Positions 56,501 to 62,500 of a DNA stretch of 64,000 nucleotides are shown in pieces (position 1 is the stretch's first letter; every line of letters begins with the position of its first letter). Both the position numbers and the translations under genes were made by a program. The DNA is taken from positions 2,542,001 to 2,606,000 of the forward strand of contig OZ251227.1 in the NCBI GenBank assembly GCA_965240325.2. The letters run 5' to 3'. Origin of the DNA: Rebecca billardiae RCC1528. Lineage: Eukaryota; Protista; Haptophyta. The notes under the pieces were generated by a model. It had not been told where the DNA came from and searched no databases. It was given only the letters and a program-made list of their open reading frames with translations.

Positions 56501-59500
56501 ACGCGCATCCGCTCGAGGGCGAACTCGGCGAGCACGCTCCACGCGCCGTCGATCGCGGCGGTGCGCCAGCGGCGCAGCGCGGCGGCGAGCGCGGCGCGCA
56601 GCGCGGCGCGGCGCGCGGCGGCGTGCGTCCAGCGCGCAAACGCGCGCGCGGGCGCGCCCAGCCTCCACATGGCGAGCGCGAAGCGCGCGCGCCGGCCGAG
56701 CGCGCCGCCGTCGGCGAGCGCGCGCCACGCGCCGACGAGCCCGCGGCCGCGCCAGCGCGCGGCGGCGCGCGCGAGCAGCGCCTCGCGCGGCGTGCGCGCG
56801 GGCGGCGCGCTCGCCCAGCGCAGCAGCGCGCGCGCCTCGGCGCGGCGGCGCAGCCGCGCGCCCGCGCGCCGCGCCGCCGCGCGCGCGCTCGCCGCCGACG
56901 CCCACGCGCTCAGCGCCGGCCGCGCGAGCAGCGTCGCGGCGCGCGGCCGGCGGCCGCGCGCGCGGCCGGCGGCGCGGCGCGCGGCGACCGCCACGCGGCC
57001 GAACGCCGCGGCGCGCGCGCGGCCGACGCGGCGCTCGTCGAGCGCCGCGTCGAGCGCGGCGACGAGCACCGCCGCGCGCGCGCGGTCGCGCCAGCAGCCG
57101 AGCGCGAGCGCGCTCGCCGTCGCCGCGTACGCGCGCCGCGCGCGCGCGCGCTCGCGGCCGCGCGCCGCGCGGCGCGCCCAGCGCGCGAGCGCGCGCGCGC
57201 TCGCGAGCGCGGCGCGCAGCGCGTCGGCGTCGGCGAGGCGCGCGCGCGCGGCGCGCGCGAGCGCGAGCCCCGCCGCCCAGACGCGCAGCGCGCGCGCGCT
57301 CTCGCGCGCGCGCGCGCCCACCAGCGCGCGCGTCGCCGCGTGCCCGACGGCGCGCAGCCGCGCGCCGGCGCGCAGCCGCGCCCACGCGCGGCCGAGCGGC
57401 GCGCCGAGCGGCGCGCCGGCGCGCGCGAGCAGCGCGCGCGCCGCGCCGCGCGCGGCGGACGCGGCGCGCCACGCGCGCAGCGCGCGAGCGGGCGCGGCGC
57501 GGCGCAGCGCGAGCGCGCTGCGGCGCAGCACGCCGCCCACGCGCGCGGCCGCCGCCCAGCCGCCAAACGCGACGTGCTGCGCGCGCATCGACCAGCGGCC
57601 GAGCGACAGCCGCAGCGCGGCGAGCGCGACGCCGACGCGGAGCGCGGCGTCCGCCCAGCGCAGGAAGAGCCGCGCGGTCTCGCCGTGCGCCCAGTCGCGC
57701 GCCGCGCGGCGCAGCAGCGCGCGCGCGCGCGCGCCCGCCACCCAGCCGTCGTACGCCGCCGCCTGCGCGCGCACCGCCCAGCGGCCGAGCGCGCGCGCGG
57801 CGCGCGCGCGCAGCGCCGAGCCGGCGGCCCAGCGGTCGAACGCGCGCGCGCTCGCGCCCGCGCGCCAGCGCGCCGCGCTCGAGTGGAGCAACCGACGCGC
57901 GTGCGCGACGTCGGCCCACGAGCGCCACGCGCGGTGCGACGCGGAGAGCTCCCATCGCGCCGCGACGCTCGCGGCGCGCGCGAGGAGGTCAAAGTGCGCG
58001 CGCGTGCTCGCCGCCCAGCCGTCGAACGCGGCCGCGGCCGGGCCGGAGACGAGCGCGCGCGCGCCCGCGCGCAGCCGGCGGCGGTCGTCGGCGTGCGCGA
58101 GCCACGCGCGCCACGCGCGGCCGTGCGCGGCGCGGATCCAGCGGCCGAGCGCGCCGCCCGCCGCGGCGAGCGCCGCGCCGCGCCGCCGGTGGTCGTCGCG
58201 CCACGCGTCGAAGAGCCGGCCCTGCGCGCCGTGCACCCAGCTGCGCGCCGCGCGCCGCGTGAGCGCGCGCTCGCGCGCGCGCGCCGCCCAGCCGTCGAAC
58301 GCGGCGGCCTGCGAGCGCAGCGTCCACCGGCCGAGCGACGCGCCGAGCGACGCGCGCGCCTCGCCCAGCGCGCGCGCGCCGCGCGCCCACGCGCCGAAGA
58401 GCCGCGCGCTCTCGCCGTGCAGGAACGTGCGCGCGCCGCGCAGCAGCAGCGCGCGCGACGCCGCCTCGGCGTCCCAGCTGCGCCACGACGCGCGCAGCGA
58501 GCGCTGCGACCAGTGCGCCACCGTCGCGCCCAGCGTCGCGCGCATCGCCTCCCTCGCGCGGTGGTCGTCGCGCCACGCGTCGAAGAGGCGGCCGAGCGCG
58601 CCGTGCGCCGCGCGCCGCACCGCGAGCCGCATGAGCCCGCGCGAGCGCGCGCCGTGCGCCCAGCCGCCAAACGCGGCGTGGAGCGCGCGCTGCGACCACC
58701 GACCCGCGGCGGGCTCGAGCAGAGCGAGCGCCTCGCGCAGCGCGCGCGCCCAGTCGAGCCAGCCGAGGAACGCGCGGCCCAACCCGCCGGTCATCGCGAT
58801 CACGAGGGCACGCCGCCGCAGCTGCAGCGCGCGCGCCTGGTCCGCCCACGCCGCCCACGAGCTCCGCAGCGATTGCGCCGCCCAGCGCTCGACCGAGGCG
58901 TCGAGCGTGCGCAGCGCGGAGGCGCGCGCCGCGCTGAACTCCGTCCAGCACGAGAGCGCGCGCGCGAGCGCGCCGCCGACAAAGAGGCGCACGCCCGTGC
59001 GCAGCAGCCGCGCGCCCGACGCGCCCTGCTCCCACGAGCGCCACGCGCGGAGCAGCGCCGACAGCTCCCAGCGCGCGACGACGCCCGCGGCAACCGCGAG
59101 CACGGACAGCTCGGTCTCAGTGAGCAGCTTCCACGCGCCAAACGCAACGCCGACGCCGGCGACCTCCTTGAGAGCGGTCGCGCCGGCGAGCAGGCTGGCG
59201 CGCTGCGCCGCGAAGGCCGTCCACGCGCGCCACGCGCGGCCCTGCGCCATCGAGGCGAACGCGCGCGCCGGCGCGGCGAGCAGCTCGCGCGCGCGCGCCA
59301 GCTCGGCCACGCCCGCGCGCCACACGTCAAAGAGCCGCGCCTGCGCGCCGTGCACCCAGTCGCGCGCCGAGCGGCGCAGCAGCGCGAGCCCGCGCGTGTT
59401 CGCCGCCCAGCCCGCAAACGCGAACGACTGCGAGCGCTTCGACCAGCGGCCGAGCGCCGTGCCCAGCGTGCCGCGAGCGTCGCGCACCGCGCGCGCGCCG

Positions 59501-62500
59501 GACACCCAGCGGTGGTACAGCCGCGCCGACTCGCCGTGCACAAACGCCTGCGCGGAGCGACGCGCGAGCGCGCGCTCGCGCGCGCGCGCCGCCCAGCCGT
59601 CGAACGCGGCGGCCTGCGCGCGCAGCGTCCACCGGCCGAGTGATGCGCCGAGCGAGGCGCGCGCGTCGCCCAGCGCGCGCGCGCCCAGCGCCCACGCGCG
59701 GAAGAGCCGCGCGCTCTCGCCGTGCAGGAACGTGCGCGCGCCGCGCAGCAGCAGCGCGCGCGACGCCGCCTCCGCGTCCCAGCTGCGCCACGACGCGCGC
59801 AGCGAGCGCTGCGACCAGTGCGCCACCGTCGCGCCCAGCGTCGCGCGCATCGCCTCCCTCGCGCGGTGGTCGTCGCGCCACGCGTCGAAGAGCCGCGCCT
59901 GCGCGCCGTGCGTGAACGTGCGCACGGCGCGCCGCACGAGCCCGCGCTCGCGCGCGTTCTCCGCCCAGCCGCCAAACGCGGCGTGCAGCGTGCGCTGCGA
60001 CCACCGACCCGCGGCGGGCTCGAGCAGAGCGAGCGCGTCGCGCAGCGCGCGCGCCCAGTCGGACCAGCCGAGGAACGCGCGAGCCAGGCCGCCCTTCATC
60101 GCGACCACGAGGGCGCGCCGCTGCAACTCGCGCGCGCGCACCTCGGACGCCCACAGGGACCACGTCGCCAGCAGCGACCCCGCCGCCCAGCGCTCGACAG
60201 AGGAGTCGAGCGTGCGCAGCGCGGAGGCGCGCGCGGATGAAAACTCCATCCAGCACAAGAGCGCGCGCGCGAGCGCGCCGCCGATGAAGCGGCGCACGCC
60301 AGAGCGCAGTAGCTGCGCGCGCGACGCGGCCTCGTCCCACGAGCGCCACGCCTTGTGCACCGAGGCCAGCTCCCAGCGCACCATCACCACGGCCGCGCGC
60401 TCGAGCACGGAGAGCTGCGCCACTGCCGTCCGCTTCCATGACGCGAACGCAAAGCCAACGCCCGTGACGGGGCCCTCGGCGAGCGCGGTGGCGGCGGACA
60501 TGAGCTGCGCGCGCTGCATCGCGAACACAGTCCACGAACGCCACGCGCGGCCCTGCGCCATCGAGGCGAACGCGCGCGCCGGCGCGGCGAGCAGCTCGCG
60601 CGCGCGCGCCAGCTCAGCCACGCCCGCGCGCCACACGTCAAAGAGCCGCGCCTGCGCGCCGTGCACCCAGTCGCGCGCCGAGCGGCGCAGCAGCGCGCGC
60701 CCGTGCGCGTTGTCCGCCCAGCCCGCAAACGCGAACGACTGCGAGCGCTTCGACCAGCGGCCGAGCGCCGTGCCCAGCGTGCCGCGAGCGTCGCGCACCG
60801 CGCGCGCGCCGGATACCCAGCGGTGGTACAGCCGCGCCGACTCGCCGTGCACAAACGCCTGCGCGGAGCGACGCGCTCGCGCGCGCTCGCGCGCGCGCGC
60901 CGCCCAGCCGTCGAACGCGGCGGCCTGCGCGCGCAGCGTCCACCGGCCGAGTGACGCGCCGAGCGACGCGCGCGCGTCGCCCAGCGCGCGCGCGCCGAGC
61001 GCCCACGCGCGGAAGAGCCGCGCGCTCTCGCCGTGCAGGAACGTGCGCGCGCCGCGCAGCAGCAGCGCGCGCGACGCCACCTCCTCGTCCCAGCTGCGCC
61101 ACGACGCGCGCAGCGAGCGCTGCGACCAGTGCGCCACCGTCGCGCCCAGCGTCGCGCACATCGCCTCCCTCGCGCGGTGGTCGTCGCGCCACGCGTCGAA
61201 GAGCCGCGCCTGCGCGCCGTGCGTGAACGTGCGCACGGCGCGCCGCACGAGCCCGCGCTCGCGCGCGTTCTCCGCCCAGCCGCCAAACGCGGCGTGCAGC
61301 GTGCGCTGCGACCACCGTCCGGCCGCGGGCTCGAGCAGCGACAGCGCGTCGCGCAGCGCGCGCGCCCAGTCGGACCAGCCGAGGAACGCGCGAGCCAGGC
61401 CGCCCTTCATCGCGACCACGAGGGCGCGCCGCTGCAACTCGCGCGCGCGCACCTCGGACGCCCACAGGGACCACGTCGCCAGCAGCGACCCCGCCGCCCA
61501 GCGCTCGACAGAGGAGTCGAGCGTGCGCAGCGCGGAGGCGCGCGCGGATGAAAACTCCATCCAGCACGAGAGCGCGCGCGCGAGCGCGCCGCCCATGAAG
61601 CGGCGCACGCCAGAGCGCAGCAGCTGCGCGCGCGACGCGGCCTCGTCCCACGAGCGCCACGCCTTGTGCACCGAGGCCAGCTCCCAGCGCATCATCACCA
61701 CGGCCGCGCGCTCGAGCACGGACAGCTGCGCCACCGCCGTCCGCTTCCACGACGCAAACGCAAAGCCCACGCCCGTGACGGGGCCCTCCACGAGCGCGGT
61801 GGCGGCGAACATGAGCTGCGCGCGCTGCGTCGCGAACACAGTCCACGCGCGCCACGCGCGGCCCTGCGCCATCGAGGCGAACGCGCGCGCCGGCGCAGCG
61901 AGCAGCTCGCGCGCGCGCGCCAGCTCGGCCACGCCCGCGCGCCACACGTCAAAGAGCCGCGCCTGCGCGCCGTGCACCCAGTCGCGCGCCGAGCGGCGAA
62001 TGAGCGCGAGCCCGCGCGCGTTCACCGCCCAGCCCGCGAAGGCGCGGTGCTGCGAGCGCTTCGACCAGCGGCCGAGAGCGACGTCCAGCGTGCCGCGCGC
62101 CGCGGCGCTCCGCCGGTGGTCGTCGCGCCACGCGTCGAAGAGCCGCGCCTGCGCGCCGTGCACCCAGCTGCGCGCCGCGTGCCGTGCGAGGGCGCGCTCG
62201 CGCGCGCGCGCCGCCCAGCCGTCGAACGCGGCGTGCTGCGCGCGCAGCGTCCACCGGCCGAGTGACGCGCCGAGCGACGCGCGCGCCTCGCCCAGCGCGC
62301 GCGCGCCGAGCGCCCACGCGCGGAAGAGCCGCGCGCTCTCGCCGTGCAGGAACGTGCGCGCGCCGCGCAGCAGCAGCGCGCGCGACGCCGCCTCCGCGTC
62401 CCAGCTGCGCCACGACGCGCGCAGCGAGCGCTGCGACCAGTGCGCCACCGTCGCGCCCAGCGTCGCGCGCATCGCCTCCCTCGCGCGGTGGTCGTCGCGC

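Noticed and set aside
29092-59643. Very long plus-strand and alternate-frame ORFs (3573, 1594, 4846, 3194 aa)
   Set aside because: Shadow frames. Extreme GC and the repeat structure remove stop codons, and the translations are Arg/Ala/Pro-rich without the periodic Trp motif.
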